This document shows, piece by piece, positions 29,656 to 39,840 of a stretch of DNA of 64,000 nucleotides; position 1 is the stretch's first letter, and each line of letters opens with the position of its first letter. The position numbers and the translations under genes were made by a program. The stretch comes from a bacterium (GTDB taxonomy: Bacteria; J088; JAWLBW01). The DNA lies in contig JAWLHK010000011.1 in assembly GCA_041690355.1 (NCBI GenBank), positions 1-64,000 of the forward strand, given 5' to 3'. The notes beneath the pieces were generated by a model that had not been told where the DNA came from, made no database searches, and saw only the letters and a list, made by a program, of their open reading frames with translations.

Positions 29656-29947
29656 TCCTCCAGATTCCGGGCGAGCGCAAGTGCGGTCCGAATATCTTTC
29701 GCCTGGGATCGCTTATCGCCGCCTGCAAGCAGAACGATGACCTGCTTCCCGCGTTGCATCCAATACACGCGATATCCGGGACCGTAGTCAATCCGAAGCT
29801 CAGAGACCCCTTCGCCGATCGGCCTCACGTCCCCCGGGTTTCCCTGCACCAACTGCTCGAGGCGGACCTGAACCCGCGCGCGCGGGCCCGGATGTCGGAA
29901 AGATGATCGAGCCAGGCCGCGAATTCATCCGTCTTGCGGATTATCAC
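29652..29947 (-). pseudogene. addiction module killer (RelE/ParE-like) toxin with a +2 frameshift in a (CG)5 tract
   Basis: MIIRKTDEFAAWLDHLSDIRARAR / VQVRLEQLVQGNPGDVRPIGEGVSELRIDYGPGYRVY. Confidence 0.85.
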
Positions 29948-29955
29948 TTTCCACC

Positions 29956-29984
29956 ACTGTAGCCTACTGGCTACACTATGTCAA
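29956..29984 (-). promoter_or_regulatory. addiction-module promoter and operator
   Basis: TTGACA-17-TACAGT; TGTAGCC-N4-GGCTACA palindrome. Confidence 0.8.
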
Positions 29985-30020
29985 TGGGAGCGGGGTCTTG
30001 GACGCAGCGGGTGCCCTGCT

Positions 30021-30161
30021 GCACAAGGGACCTTCCGGCAAATCGTCAATCGTCACTCAAGCAAAGCGCCAAGCGCTAAGCACTGCGCGCCAACGAAGCA
30101 AGGGCGAAGTGTTCCAAAGTCCTTGCCGGCATTCGTCACTCGTCACTCGTAACTCGTCACT
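30021..30161 (+). repeat. full heptamer-hairpin-heptamer module
   Basis: AATCGTC x2; AAGCGCC/AAGCGCT/AAGCACT; GCAAGGGC..GTCCTTGC; ACTCGTC-type x4. Confidence 0.85.
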
Positions 30162-30192
30162 TCGAAAGCGGTTCGTCCGCTCCGCGAACCCC

Positions 30193-33100
30193 TTACGGGT
30201 CCGTCGTGAAGATGTAGACCCGTCCCGCCTGGTTGCCGCCGTACGCGCTGCCCGGCGCGCCCACGGCCCACTCGTACCGCGGGTCACCGTTCAGATCCGG
30301 TAGCGTAAGCACCGAGTAGCCGATGCCGCCGTCATCCCCCTGTCCGCGCACCTCGTAGAGAATCTCGCCGTTGCGACCGTCGAGCACGTAGACGCTGCCC
30401 GGTCCGTACGCGAAACTCTGAATCGCCCCCGGCGCGCCGACGAGAACGTCAGGCATGCCGTCGCCGTTCAGATCGGCGTTGCCGTCGACCGCCGAGCCGA
30501 ATCGCGAACTCGCGCGCGCGACCAGACCGGTCTGGTGCCAGTAGTACTCCCAGGTGGAGTGGGTCTCGGAAGTGAAGGCGTAGACGTAGCCCTCTTCGCG
30601 CTCCTCTACCCCCGGCGCGCCCACGATGATGTCGGGCACGCCGTCGCCGTTCAGGTCGCCGCTCGCCGAGACGGCGACTCCGAAGCGGTGCTGGAGGGCC
30701 CAGGGGAGCGGCGCGTGAAGAATCGCCAACAGGCCGCTGACCGGACTGATCAGGTACACCTTGCCCACTTCGGGATGCCCCACCGCGCCGGGGGCGCCGA
30801 TGACGATGTCGCGCACGCCGTCGCCGTCGAAATCCTGCGTGGTCGACAGCGAGGCGCCGAAGAACTGACCCGCCTGCCCCTGCAGCGTCGCGAGCGGCAC
30901 GCGCAGCGCGCCGTCGTAAAGGGTCACGCTCCCCGGCCCCTGCGTCGGCGGATCGTCGGAGAGCGGCGGCCAGCCGCAGTCGCGATTCTCGCAGCCCAGG
31001 CTGCCGACGAGAAACTCGGCCTTGCCGTCGAACGTCAGGTCGTCGAGGGTCGCAATCGAATGCCCGAACTGCTGCCCGCGCGCCGTGCCGTCGATCGTGT
31101 CGAGCAGCACGCCCGACAGGTCGTAGATGCGCACGCGGCCGGCCATGAACACGCCGCCGGCATTCTCGAGCGGCGATCCGACCAGCACCTCGAGCTCAGG
31201 TCCGCCCATCACGTCGGTCACCGCCACGGGCGAGGCCGGCAGATCGTAGTCGATCGGGGCATACAGGGCGCCGAAGGTGCTCGTCCGGCCGCCGTCGATG
31301 GTATCGACGAAGCCGACATATTCCGCCTGCATCGCCCCCACGGCCAGGTCGGCGTTGCCGTCGCTGTCCAGGTCGCCGGCCAAGGCAAGTGCGCCCCCGA
31401 GCGACTCGAAGGCGGCCATGCCGTCGGCCTTCGAGAAGACGCGCAGATCGGTCACCCGCGAGATCTCGGCGGCGTAGTCGCTCGCGCACGTGTCGTCGAA
31501 GGCCCGCGCCGAAAGGTATAGCCGCGTGCTGACCGGCAGGCCGTCGATACGCGGCACGGTGCCCTTGGGCGGCAGCACGGGACGCGCGGGTGAGGTGACG
31601 GTGCCGGTCGACCAGGCGTAGGGTGCGCCGGAGGTCACCGAAAACCCGAATTCGTACTCGCTCGCGTAGTCGACCTTTTCCAGGGAGTAGTAGAGAGTGC
31701 CGAGTCCGCTCCCGACGTCGGCCAGGCCGGTCCAGGCCTCGAGGCCCGGCGGGGGTATGATGACGCGATCCTGCACCCAGGGGCTCCACTCCGACAGGTT
31801 GCCGCCGAAGTCGATGGCGCGCACGCGCAGGTCGTAGACGTGGCAGTTGTCGAGTTCCACCTCGAAGAGGTCGTGCGGCTCATAGACGTAGCCCGGAATG
31901 CAGTATTGCCCGTCGGGGTGCTCGAACGTGCCGAGAACCCCCCGGAAGCCCGTCATGTACTGGAATCCGTTCATCCAGCACTGGTACTCCATGAAGGGGA
32001 CGGCTTTGTCGACCACGAGCGTCCCCGTCTCGTCGGAGACCTGAACGGCGTAGAAGTCCACGTCGAGGTTCGGGTCGTCCCAGCGCACGTGAAATCGGCG
32101 GTTGCCCCCGCGGTACTCCTCGATGCTCGGGGTCGCGGGGATGCGCGAATCGACGAGCACCGTGGTGGAAACCACCCACCCCGACACGTTGCCGGCGGCG
32201 TCCCAGACGTGGGCGGCGATGAAGGTGGCGGCTTCGATATCGGAATCCGCCTCGACGGTAAAGGTCACGTCGAGCGGATAAACGCCGCCGAACCCGGTGA
32301 CCGGCCCGCCGATGGAGGTCATGTTCACGGTGCCGCCGACAAAGCTCGGGTCGAACCCGATGTAGCGGAACCGCAGCACGTCGCCCGGATTGCCGACCCC
32401 GGGGCGGAAACCGTCCACGATCCACGTGACTTCAAGCTGGCTCGAGTTCAATTCGGGTGCGGTCGAGTCGTTCGTGACCCAGACCGGCAGGCTCTCGCGC
32501 CCGAAATAATCGGTAGACGTAATATAGATTGCGTCGTACGGCGGCTCGACGTTGCCCATGCTTCCGTCGAGAATGCTGACCGGGCCGAACGAGCCATCGG
32601 GATTGGCCGTCGTGTTCGCGATCAGATGGGTGAGGTCGCGGTCGGCATATACCCGCACCGTATTGTTCGGCTCCACTGCGCCCGTCACGCCGCGCAGGTA
32701 ATCCTCGGTGCCCGGCGGATTTTCGGTGACGTCCAGATAATCGACGATGGCCGGCGTGGGGGGCGGACCATGAAAGACGATCATGTCGCTCACGGGCCCC
32801 GCGTAGTCGCCGTGTTCGTTATAGAACATGGCCCAGACGACCTTGGGCCCCTGCCCCGGCGACAGCTGGAAACCGAAGGTCGTACCCGAGGTGAAGACCA
32901 CGCGCGTGACGCCGTCCGGCAGCAGGGCCGGATTCTCGGTCAGCGCCACGTGGGTCGCATGATCGGCCTCGACGCGCACGACCGCCAGGTAGGAGTTCGT
33001 CGTCGCATCGCCGTTGTTGATCTCGATGCTGTAATTGGCGATTGGCGGCGGCGGCGGCTCGGTGACCGGGTCGGGCGTCTCATCGTCCGGGTCTTCGTCG

Positions 33101-33558
33101 ACGGGATCCGGGTCCTCGGGCTCCGGTTCTTCGGCATCCGGATCATCGGCCGGGTCGGCATTCGTGATCACGGCGATCGTCGTCTTCATCCCCGAAGGGA
33201 TGCGCAGCGCTCGACCGTCGATGCGCCCGTCGCCGTCGACGTCGGCAAACAGGTCGAACACCCCTTCGGCGTTCCCGAACTGCACGATCCCCGCGGCATT
33301 CGTGCGGGCCGATTTCCACGCCCGCGAGACGTCCCGGATGCGGCCCGTGCGCGGGTCGAACGGCCGTAGATAGACCGTCACGCCCGGGGCCGCCCGGCGG
33401 GTTTCGATCGTAATTCCTTCGCCGTCGACGCCGCGCGTGATGAGCATGACCTGGGCTGAAATTCGCGCCGAGAAATCGTCGCGTCCGCAGGCGCTCAGAA
33501 CAAGTGACGCGAGCAGAACCAGGAAAAAGCCGTGAACACCGCCTCGAGTCCTTCGCAT
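30193..33558 (-). CDS. large lipoprotein with Ig/FnIII-like domains and a C-terminal FG-GAP beta-propeller
   Basis: GGAGG RBS, lipobox LSAC, acidic Pro-rich linker, about 7 GDLxxDGxxD..VGAP repeats. Confidence 0.85.
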   Translation of the reverse strand: MRRTRGGVHGFFLVLLASLVLSACGRDDFSARISAQVMLITRGVDGEGITIETRRAAPGVTVYLRPFDPRTGRIRDVSRAWKSARTNAAGIVQFGNAEGVFDLFADVDGDGRIDGRALRIPSGMKTTIAVITNADPADDPDAEEPEPEDPDPVDEDPDDETPDPVTEPPPPPIANYSIEINNGDATTNSYLAVVRVEADHATHVALTENPALLPDGVTRVVFTSGTTFGFQLSPGQGPKVVWAMFYNEHGDYAGPVSDMIVFHGPPPTPAIVDYLDVTENPPGTEDYLRGVTGAVEPNNTVRVYADRDLTHLIANTTANPDGSFGPVSILDGSMGNVEPPYDAIYITSTDYFGRESLPVWVTNDSTAPELNSSQLEVTWIVDGFRPGVGNPGDVLRFRYIGFDPSFVGGTVNMTSIGGPVTGFGGVYPLDVTFTVEADSDIEAATFIAAHVWDAAGNVSGWVVSTTVLVDSRIPATPSIEEYRGGNRRFHVRWDDPNLDVDFYAVQVSDETGTLVVDKAVPFMEYQCWMNGFQYMTGFRGVLGTFEHPDGQYCIPGYVYEPHDLFEVELDNCHVYDLRVRAIDFGGNLSEWSPWVQDRVIIPPPGLEAWTGLADVGSGLGTLYYSLEKVDYASEYEFGFSVTSGAPYAWSTGTVTSPARPVLPPKGTVPRIDGLPVSTRLYLSARAFDDTCASDYAAEISRVTDLRVFSKADGMAAFESLGGALALAGDLDSDGNADLAVGAMQAEYVGFVDTIDGGRTSTFGALYAPIDYDLPASPVAVTDVMGGPELEVLVGSPLENAGGVFMAGRVRIYDLSGVLLDTIDGTARGQQFGHSIATLDDLTFDGKAEFLVGSLGCENRDCGWPPLSDDPPTQGPGSVTLYDGALRVPLATLQGQAGQFFGASLSTTQDFDGDGVRDIVIGAPGAVGHPEVGKVYLISPVSGLLAILHAPLPWALQHRFGVAVSASGDLNGDGVPDIIVGAPGVEEREEGYVYAFTSETHSTWEYYWHQTGLVARASSRFGSAVDGNADLNGDGMPDVLVGAPGAIQSFAYGPGSVYVLDGRNGEILYEVRGQGDDGGIGYSVLTLPDLNGDPRYEWAVGAPGSAYGGNQAGRVYIFTTDP

Positions 33559-33656
33559 CGTAGCCTCCCGGGTCCCCCTCCCTCTAGCGGAGAGAACCCC
33601 TGTGCCCGGTACTGCTCGGCACCTTATCCTATCAGACCTTCCCGCCCGTCTGCCGC

Positions 33657-35672
33657 TCATCGCGTACCCTCTCTGCGCTGCATGCGGAAACCCACCCGCC
33701 GGTCGTCCGCCCGCTCGTCGTCAGACTGCCCGCGCGCGACGCGCTGATAGACCGTGATGGTCGTCGCGATCTTCGCCTCGGGAACCCCCCGCTTGATCAG
33801 CTCGCGCACGACGTTCTCGGCGCGCTCGGCGGCGAACCGGATGTTGACGTCGCGCGATCCGATGACGTCGGCACGCCCCTCGACGATGACGCGCATCAGG
33901 TTCGGGTCGTCTCTGAGCATCTCGGCCAGCCGGTCGAACGCCGGATAGGCGCGCGGATCGATCTCGGCCGAGGCGAACTTGAAGAAGATCGGCGACTCCA
34001 GGCGCTCGGGAACGGGTTCTTCCTTCACCAGCCATTCCCGCCGTTCAGCCTCTTCTTCGGCGTCGCGCTTCGCGGCTTTGGCGGCCCGCGCCGCCGGCGT
34101 TTCGGGCGCCGGAACCGAGGGCAGGCTGACTGCCGGCGCCGGCACCGGAGGCGGCGTCAGCACCGGTACGGGCACGGGGGGCACTTCGGGCGCGGGCGCG
34201 GGCGTGACCGCGACGGCCGGTGCGGGCACGGGAGCCTGGGCCGGAGCGGTGACGGGCTTCGGCGTCTCGATCACGACCGGGCGCAGCACCGGGGCCGGGC
34301 GCAGCACAAGGCGGTCGAAAACCACCTCCTTGCCGAGGCGCACCACGAAGGTGCGCCGCTCCGTGATGAAACCGGGGGCCGAGACCGTCATGGCGTAGGC
34401 GTTCGGCGGAAGCTCGAAGGAGAACAGCCCCGACTTCGCATCGCTCGTGAACCGTCCTGCCCCCTCGATCGCGAGCACGGCGTCGCCCGGGCGCTCGCCT
34501 TTGATGACCAGCCCGCGCACGCCCCCCGCGTTGCGCGGCAGCGCGTAACTGCGGGCGATGAGCTGCGCAGGCTCGATGCTCACGACGTCGGTGACCGGAA
34601 GATAGCCGGGCGCCTCCAGGGCGAGCAGGTACCGGCCGGGTTTACCGTCATAGCGCAGGCGGCCGTTGGCCTCCGGTTCGAGCGTCCGACCGTCGAGGGT
34701 CGCGCGCAGCCCGGCGACGCTCTTGCCGCTCGAGGCATCGGTCACGACGGCGGCGAACGAGCCGGGGGGCGGGAACAGGGCCTTCCAGATCGCCCCCACC
34801 GGCACGCTGTATTGAAGATTGAGTCCCATGCGCCAGGGGGGCTCGGCGGGCAGCGCGGCAGAACCGGTTCCCCACAGGCGGATGTCGGCGTGGGCCACCG
34901 TGGTCAGGCCCGGCAGTCCGGCCGGCATGGCCACCCCCGGGCTGAGCCGTTGCGGGCTCTGCTCGCCGGCGTAATATTCCGTGGAATAGACGAGATAGGG
35001 TCGGACATGCCGGGTCTGCCAGGCCACGCCGGTGCGCAGCGCGAGAGCGTCCTTATCCGGCTTCTGCCAGGCGAAGGCCCGCACCGCCGTCGGCACGGCC
35101 CCCAGATCCACCGCCGATTCGCCGATCCAGCCGGCCTGCAGCGCGATTTCGAGCGGACCGGGAAACCAGGAGCCGAGCGCCCAGAGCCCCGGCGCGGCGC
35201 CGCCAGCCCCTTCGTAGTGGCGCCCCTGCACGAGCAGACCGGCCGACCACTCCCGGTTGAACGCGTAACCGTATTTTGCGGAAAACAGCGCGTCGCCCCC
35301 CGCCCGCACCGTCTGCGGATCGACGAACTGGCTGCGGGTGCGCAGAAACCGGCTCTGCAGCGCAAGCTCCCAGCCCTGCGGCCCCGCGGCCGAGAAGCCG
35401 AGAAAGCCGCGCGCCTGCCACGCATCGTCCCCCTCGTAGACGATGCCGTCGCGGCGGGTATAGTCCGCATCGGTGAACACGCGCAGCGTGTAGTCGACGG
35501 GACGCGACGACGTCACGGCGCCGAATCCCGAAGTCCCGTCGCGCGAGAGTGTATCGATGGGACCTGCCGGATTCGCCGAGACCGGACCGGGCCCGAGGCA
35601 CAGGACGGCCAGCAACAGAGGAAAAACGTTGCGTACCCGCAACCAGAAACTATGGTGCCACCTGCCGGACAT
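33657..35672 (-). CDS. OmpA-family protein: N-terminal beta-barrel, two carboxypeptidase-regulatory-like domains, Pro-rich linker, OmpA-C domain
   Basis: IFFKFASAEID, VIVEGRAD..G....N...RAE.V..L, DRRVGF; L..EAPGY and SAPGF domains. Confidence 0.85.
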   Translation of the reverse strand: MSGRWHHSFWLRVRNVFPLLLAVLCLGPGPVSANPAGPIDTLSRDGTSGFGAVTSSRPVDYTLRVFTDADYTRRDGIVYEGDDAWQARGFLGFSAAGPQGWELALQSRFLRTRSQFVDPQTVRAGGDALFSAKYGYAFNREWSAGLLVQGRHYEGAGGAAPGLWALGSWFPGPLEIALQAGWIGESAVDLGAVPTAVRAFAWQKPDKDALALRTGVAWQTRHVRPYLVYSTEYYAGEQSPQRLSPGVAMPAGLPGLTTVAHADIRLWGTGSAALPAEPPWRMGLNLQYSVPVGAIWKALFPPPGSFAAVVTDASSGKSVAGLRATLDGRTLEPEANGRLRYDGKPGRYLLALEAPGYLPVTDVVSIEPAQLIARSYALPRNAGGVRGLVIKGERPGDAVLAIEGAGRFTSDAKSGLFSFELPPNAYAMTVSAPGFITERRTFVVRLGKEVVFDRLVLRPAPVLRPVVIETPKPVTAPAQAPVPAPAVAVTPAPAPEVPPVPVPVLTPPPVPAPAVSLPSVPAPETPAARAAKAAKRDAEEEAERREWLVKEEPVPERLESPIFFKFASAEIDPRAYPAFDRLAEMLRDDPNLMRVIVEGRADVIGSRDVNIRFAAERAENVVRELIKRGVPEAKIATTITVYQRVARGQSDDERADDRRVGFRMQRREGTR

Positions 35673-35820
35673 TCCAGCCCGTCACTCCAGGAAAAGAAAA
35701 CAGTTCGCCCATATCCTACCCGATTGCACAGCGAATGAAAAAGCAAAGCGGAGGTATGGATAAGACGCAGGCGGCCGTCATACCGTTCAATTGCCCTGGC
35801 GGCCACCTCCCGAAAGGTCG

Positions 35821-36687
35821 CTAGGCGCGCCGGCGCCGGCGCAACCACCAGGCCAGAAGCGCGCCGGCGACGAGAAACGGCCAGAGGCGGACGAAGAACA
35901 GGGCCACCGAAATGACCGCAGAGATCCCCTCGCGAAAGGCACGCTGGACGGCTTTGATCAGCGAACCGCCGAAAACGAATGATCCCTCGATCTCCTGATA
36001 GGCCGAGAGGTGCACGGTGGCGAGATCGACCTGCTGATCGAGCATCTTGAGGATCGCCTCCATGCTTTCGATCTGCTCGCGCACGTTGGCGAGCTGGGCC
36101 TCGATGGCGACCATGTCTTCGACGGTTCGCGCCTGGGCCAGCAGCTGCAGATAGCGCTTTTCGAGCTCCCGGCGGGCATGGAGCCGCGCCTCGGTATCGA
36201 CGTACTGCTCGGTCACGTCGTCGAGGGTCAGCGCCCGCTGCTCGACATACGCGGCCCCGGCAGTCAGGGTCTCCAGAAACGTATCGAGCTTCTCGCTCGG
36301 CACGCGGATGGTCAGGTCGGCCGTGCGCCGGCTTTCGAACGCGTGCTCCATGAGCGACGCGACGTATCCGCCCGCCGCCCGGGCCGACTGCTGCACGAAG
36401 GGGACGAACTCGTCGAGGTCGTCGACACGTACCCGCAGCGAAGCGGTCTTCGCGATCTTCCGCTCGACGAGCGCGGCGTCACCGCCTCCTCTCACGTCGG
36501 GCGCGGGCATGGAGCGCGCTTCGTCGGCCACCATGCCGCGGGCAGCGGGCGGCGCCTCCATCATCATCGGTTCGCTCATCTCGGCCGCCCGCTTTCCTGC
36601 CGCAGGAAAAGAGGCCTCTTCTTCGCCGCCGCCGCACGCGGTCAGCAAGAGCAGAATAACAAACGGAACGGTACGCAACGCACGCAT
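35821..36687 (-). CDS. DUF4349 domain lipoprotein
   Basis: lipobox LTAC; RKIAKTA, GGYV, IRVP, DVTEQYVD, C-terminal TM segment. Confidence 0.88.
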   Translation of the reverse strand: MRALRTVPFVILLLLTACGGGEEEASFPAAGKRAAEMSEPMMMEAPPAARGMVADEARSMPAPDVRGGGDAALVERKIAKTASLRVRVDDLDEFVPFVQQSARAAGGYVASLMEHAFESRRTADLTIRVPSEKLDTFLETLTAGAAYVEQRALTLDDVTEQYVDTEARLHARRELEKRYLQLLAQARTVEDMVAIEAQLANVREQIESMEAILKMLDQQVDLATVHLSAYQEIEGSFVFGGSLIKAVQRAFREGISAVISVALFFVRLWPFLVAGALLAWWLRRRRRA

Positions 36688-36724
36688 GGCTTTCCCCTGA
36701 TGCGCCGGAATCGCCGGCGCGCCC

Positions 36725-37699
36725 TCATATCGTAATGACCGCTTTGCCCTTCACTTTACGGTCGAGCATGTCCTGCAGCGCATCGGGCACCCGGGCGAGC
36801 GGATACGTCGCGCTCACGGCCGGCTTCAGCTTCCCCTCGCGCCACCAGCCCATCAGCTCGGCGAAGTGTTCCGCATTCCGCTGCGGGTCGCGGGCGGTGA
36901 AGGCGCCCCAGAAGACCCCGGTGATGGAGCAGCTCTTGAGCAGCGTCAGATTGAGCGGAATCTTCGGAATTTCGCCGGCGGCGAAGCCGACGACGAGATA
37001 CCGGCCGTACCAGGCGGTTGCGCGGATCGCCGGCTCGGAATAGGGTCCGCCGACGGGGTCGTAAACGACGTCGGCCCCTTCGCCGCCGGTCAGGGCGCGG
37101 ATGCGGTCTTTCAGGTTCTCTTCCGAATAATTGATGACCTCGTCGGCGCCGTGCTCCCGGCAGAACGCGAGCTTCTCGGCGCTCGAGGCGGCGGCGATGA
37201 CACGGGCGCCCATGAGCTTGCCGAGTTCCACGGCAGCGATCCCAACCCCCCCGGCCGCGCCGAGCACGAGTAGCGACTCGCCCGGCTTGATCGTCGCGCG
37301 ATCCTTGAGCGCATAGTGCGAGGTGCCGTAGGCGAAGAGGAAGGCGGCAGCGTCGGCGAAATCCATTCCATCGGGAATGGGGACAAGCTGGTGTTCGTCG
37401 GCGAGCACCTGTTCGGCGAAGCCGCCCCAGCCGAGAATGGCGATGACGCGATCCCCCTCGCGGAACCGGGAGACCCCTTCGCCGACCTTGCGGATCACGC
37501 CGGCAATCTCGCCGCCCGGGCTGAACGGCGGCGGCGGCTTGAACTGGTACTTTCCCTGAATGATCAGGGTGTCGGGAAAGTTGACGCCGGCGGCCTTCAC
37601 GTCGACGACGACCTGCCCTCGGGCGGGCTCGGGATCTGGAAGGTCGAGCAGCTTGAGGTTCTGCGGCGGACCGTACGAGTCACAGACGATGGCTTTCAT
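36725..37699 (-). CDS. NADPH:quinone oxidoreductase (MDR/zeta-crystallin family)
   Basis: AAGVNFPD, LGAAGGVG, DVVYDPVGG, VVGFAAG. Confidence 0.92.
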   Translation of the reverse strand: MKAIVCDSYGPPQNLKLLDLPDPEPARGQVVVDVKAAGVNFPDTLIIQGKYQFKPPPPFSPGGEIAGVIRKVGEGVSRFREGDRVIAILGWGGFAEQVLADEHQLVPIPDGMDFADAAAFLFAYGTSHYALKDRATIKPGESLLVLGAAGGVGIAAVELGKLMGARVIAAASSAEKLAFCREHGADEVINYSEENLKDRIRALTGGEGADVVYDPVGGPYSEPAIRATAWYGRYLVVGFAAGEIPKIPLNLTLLKSCSITGVFWGAFTARDPQRNAEHFAELMGWWREGKLKPAVSATYPLARVPDALQDMLDRKVKGKAVITI

Positions 37700-37760
37700 G
37701 GCACATATTATCCCGCAAGGCGCTCCGCCGCGAAAGCGATAAGAGGGGAATCCCGATGCA

Positions 37761-37830
37761 GAGCGCCAGCGCCAAGCGCCAAGCCCTGAGCGCCGAGCGC
37801 CGAGCGTCGTACACTGAGCGCCAAGGAAGC
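37761..37830 (+). repeat. AGCGCC-family heptamer array
   Basis: CAGCGCC AAGCGCC AAGCCCT GAGCGCC GAGCGCC. Confidence 0.8.
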
Positions 37831-37836
37831 CGGCAA

Positions 37837-37966
37837 CCGTTCGTGTCGAGCCGACGGTGGAAGGCAGCCCCTGAAACGACGGCGAGACAGCTGCGAGGGT
37901 TTCCCAAGTGCGACCTCTCGCTGTCGACCTGCACCCTGTTCCGGTCGGTCAGCTCGAGGCGAACGG
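37837..37966 (+). repeat. cruciform palindromic element, copy 1 (130 bp)
   Basis: CCGTTCGTGTCGAGC...GCTCGAGGCGAACGG with inner CGACGGCGAGA/TCTCGCTGTCG stem. Confidence 0.9.
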
Positions 37967-38004
37967 TGTGAAGTGGTCAATCGTAAAACTGTAGATTGTC
38001 AATT

Positions 38005-38066
38005 CAGGTGCGCACCCTCGGTGTCGAACTACACTCTGCTCCGTTCGGTCAGCTCGGGACGAACGG
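38005..38066 (+). repeat. degenerate right half of the cruciform element
   Basis: CTCGGTGTCGAACTACACTCTGCTCCGTTCGGTCAGCTCGGGACGAACGG aligns with the right half of copies 1-3. Confidence 0.7.
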
Positions 38067-38071
38067 GAGGA

Positions 38072-38180
38072 GTCGCTGGACGCTGGGCGCTAGGCGCTGG
38101 GCGTGCTTGCCGGCCAATCGTCAATCGTAAATCGTCAATTGTCAATTCTTCGTAACTCGTCACTCGTAACTCGTCACTCA
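38072..38180 (+). repeat. mixed heptamer arrays (GCTGGGC, AATCGTC, ACTCGTC)
   Basis: three successive 7-nt periodic blocks separated by CTTGCCGGC. Confidence 0.85.
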
Positions 38181-38326
38181 GGGCGACCTCGGTGGCCGGG
38201 CTCCGATTCGCGTACCCGATGGGAAAATTGGTTCGTCTTGCCCGCGCCCCCGGTTCCTGTTTCCATGGATCGATTGATTGCCAGCACTCTGCCACGAATA
38301 ACGAAAAACTCGAAACTGAAAACGCG

Positions 38327-39547
38327 ATGTCCCCCAGCTACTCCGAGCGCAAACTGATCTTTCTGCTCGGTTCCATCCAGTTCATCAACATCCTCGATTT
38401 CATGATGGTCATGCCGCTGGGCCCCGATTTCGCCCAGGCCATCGGCATCCCTAACTCGCACCTGGGGGTCGTCGGCGGCAGCTACACGGCCGCGGCCGCC
38501 GTATCGGGGCTCGTCTCGTCGCGGTTTCTCGACCGCTTCGATCGCAAGAAGGCGCTCATGGTGGCGCTGCTGGGGCTCGTGGTCGGCACCGCCGCCGGCG
38601 GATTCTCGGTGGGGCTCTACTCCATGCTCGCCTCGCGCATCTTCGCGGGCATCTTCGGGGGACCGGCCTCGTCGCTGGCCCTCTCCGTCGTCGCCGACGT
38701 GATTCCCCCCGAGCGACGCGGCAAGGCCATGGGGGCGGTCATGGGGGCCTTTGCCGCCGCCTCGGTCTTCGGGGTTCCGGCGGGGCTCGAGCTTGCGCGG
38801 CTCGGCGGCTGGCGCATGCCGTTCTTCGCCGTCGCCGCGGCGGGCCTCTTCGTGCTCCTGGCCGGCACGCGCCTGTTGCCCAACCTGACCGGCCACATCC
38901 AGGCGACGCGCGGACCGATCATTCCCATGCGCACCTTTCTGGGCAGGCCCACAGTGCTGCTCATGCTCACGGCAACCGGCACGCTGATGCTCGCCAACTT
39001 CGCCATCATCCCGAACTTCGCGGCCTACTACCAGTTCAACCTCGATTACCCGCGTGACCGGCTGGGGCTGCTCTACATGGTGGGGGGCCTGTGCAGCTTC
39101 TTCGCCATGCGCATGGCGGGGCGGGCCGCCGATCGCTATGGTTCGACGGCGGTGGCGGCGTTCGGCACGTTCTTCTGGTCGGTGTCGGTCGTGTTCTCGT
39201 TTCTCCTGCACCTGCCGGCCGTGCCGATCATGCTGCTCTTCGTGTTCTTCATGGTCGCCGGTAGCTTCCGCATGGTCCCCATGACGAGCCTGTCGTCGCG
39301 CGTCCCGCAGGCCGGCGAGCGCGCCCGCTTTCTGTCGCTGCAGTCGGCCGTGCAGCACATCGGCTCGGCGCTCGGCGCCATGGCGGCGGCGCTCTTTCTG
39401 CAGGAACTTCCCGACGGCAAGCTGCTCGGGATGGACCGGGTCGCCCTGGGCGCGCTGGCGCTGGCCGCATTTCTTCCGCTCCTCGTCTGGCAGGTCGAGC
39501 GCCGCGTGCGCGGGGAGGAATCCAAGGCGAGCACTGTGGGTACTTGA
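38327..39547 (+). CDS. MFS transporter
   Basis: QFINILDFMMVMPLGP, DRFDRKKA, RIFAGIFGG, P.ERRGKAMG. Confidence 0.9.
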   Translation: MSPSYSERKLIFLLGSIQFINILDFMMVMPLGPDFAQAIGIPNSHLGVVGGSYTAAAAVSGLVSSRFLDRFDRKKALMVALLGLVVGTAAGGFSVGLYSMLASRIFAGIFGGPASSLALSVVADVIPPERRGKAMGAVMGAFAAASVFGVPAGLELARLGGWRMPFFAVAAAGLFVLLAGTRLLPNLTGHIQATRGPIIPMRTFLGRPTVLLMLTATGTLMLANFAIIPNFAAYYQFNLDYPRDRLGLLYMVGGLCSFFAMRMAGRAADRYGSTAVAAFGTFFWSVSVVFSFLLHLPAVPIMLLFVFFMVAGSFRMVPMTSLSSRVPQAGERARFLSLQSAVQHIGSALGAMAAALFLQELPDGKLLGMDRVALGALALAAFLPLLVWQVERRVRGEESKASTVGT

Positions 39548-39549
39548 GC

Positions 39550-39606
39550 GCGAGTCGCGTGTCCAGAATCGCGAGTTTTCAGTCTCCAGTCGTCAATCCA
39601 AAGTCT
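39550..39606 (-). repeat. GACnnnn heptamer array after the MFS stop
   Basis: reverse strand GACTTTG GATTGAC GACTGGA GACTGAA AACTCGC GATTCTG GACACGC GACTCGC, cf. 22543-22598. Confidence 0.7.
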
Positions 39607-39667
39607 GTACCCGCGCACTTGTTTCCCCGTCATCTCTCGCGAGAAACTCACGCCAGAATGCCCACTT

Positions 39668-39794
39668 CCGTTCGTGTCGAGCGGACGGCGAAGGCAGAGC
39701 CTGAGCGACGGCGAGACAGCCGCGAGGATTCCCGGGTGCGACCTCTCGCTGTCGACCTCCACCCTGTTCCGGTCCGTCAGCTCGAGGCGAACGG
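39668..39794 (+). repeat. cruciform palindromic element, copy 2 (127 bp)
   Basis: same ends and inner stems as copy 1. Confidence 0.9.
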
Positions 39795-39840
39795 AACTCG
39801 GGTAGAAGAATATGGCGCCCCAGCGCCCAGCGTCTAGTGA

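Noticed and set aside
34080-34300. Repetitive GC-rich tract in the OmpA gene as a mobile repeat
   Set aside because: Explained by the Pro/Ala/Val-rich protein linker
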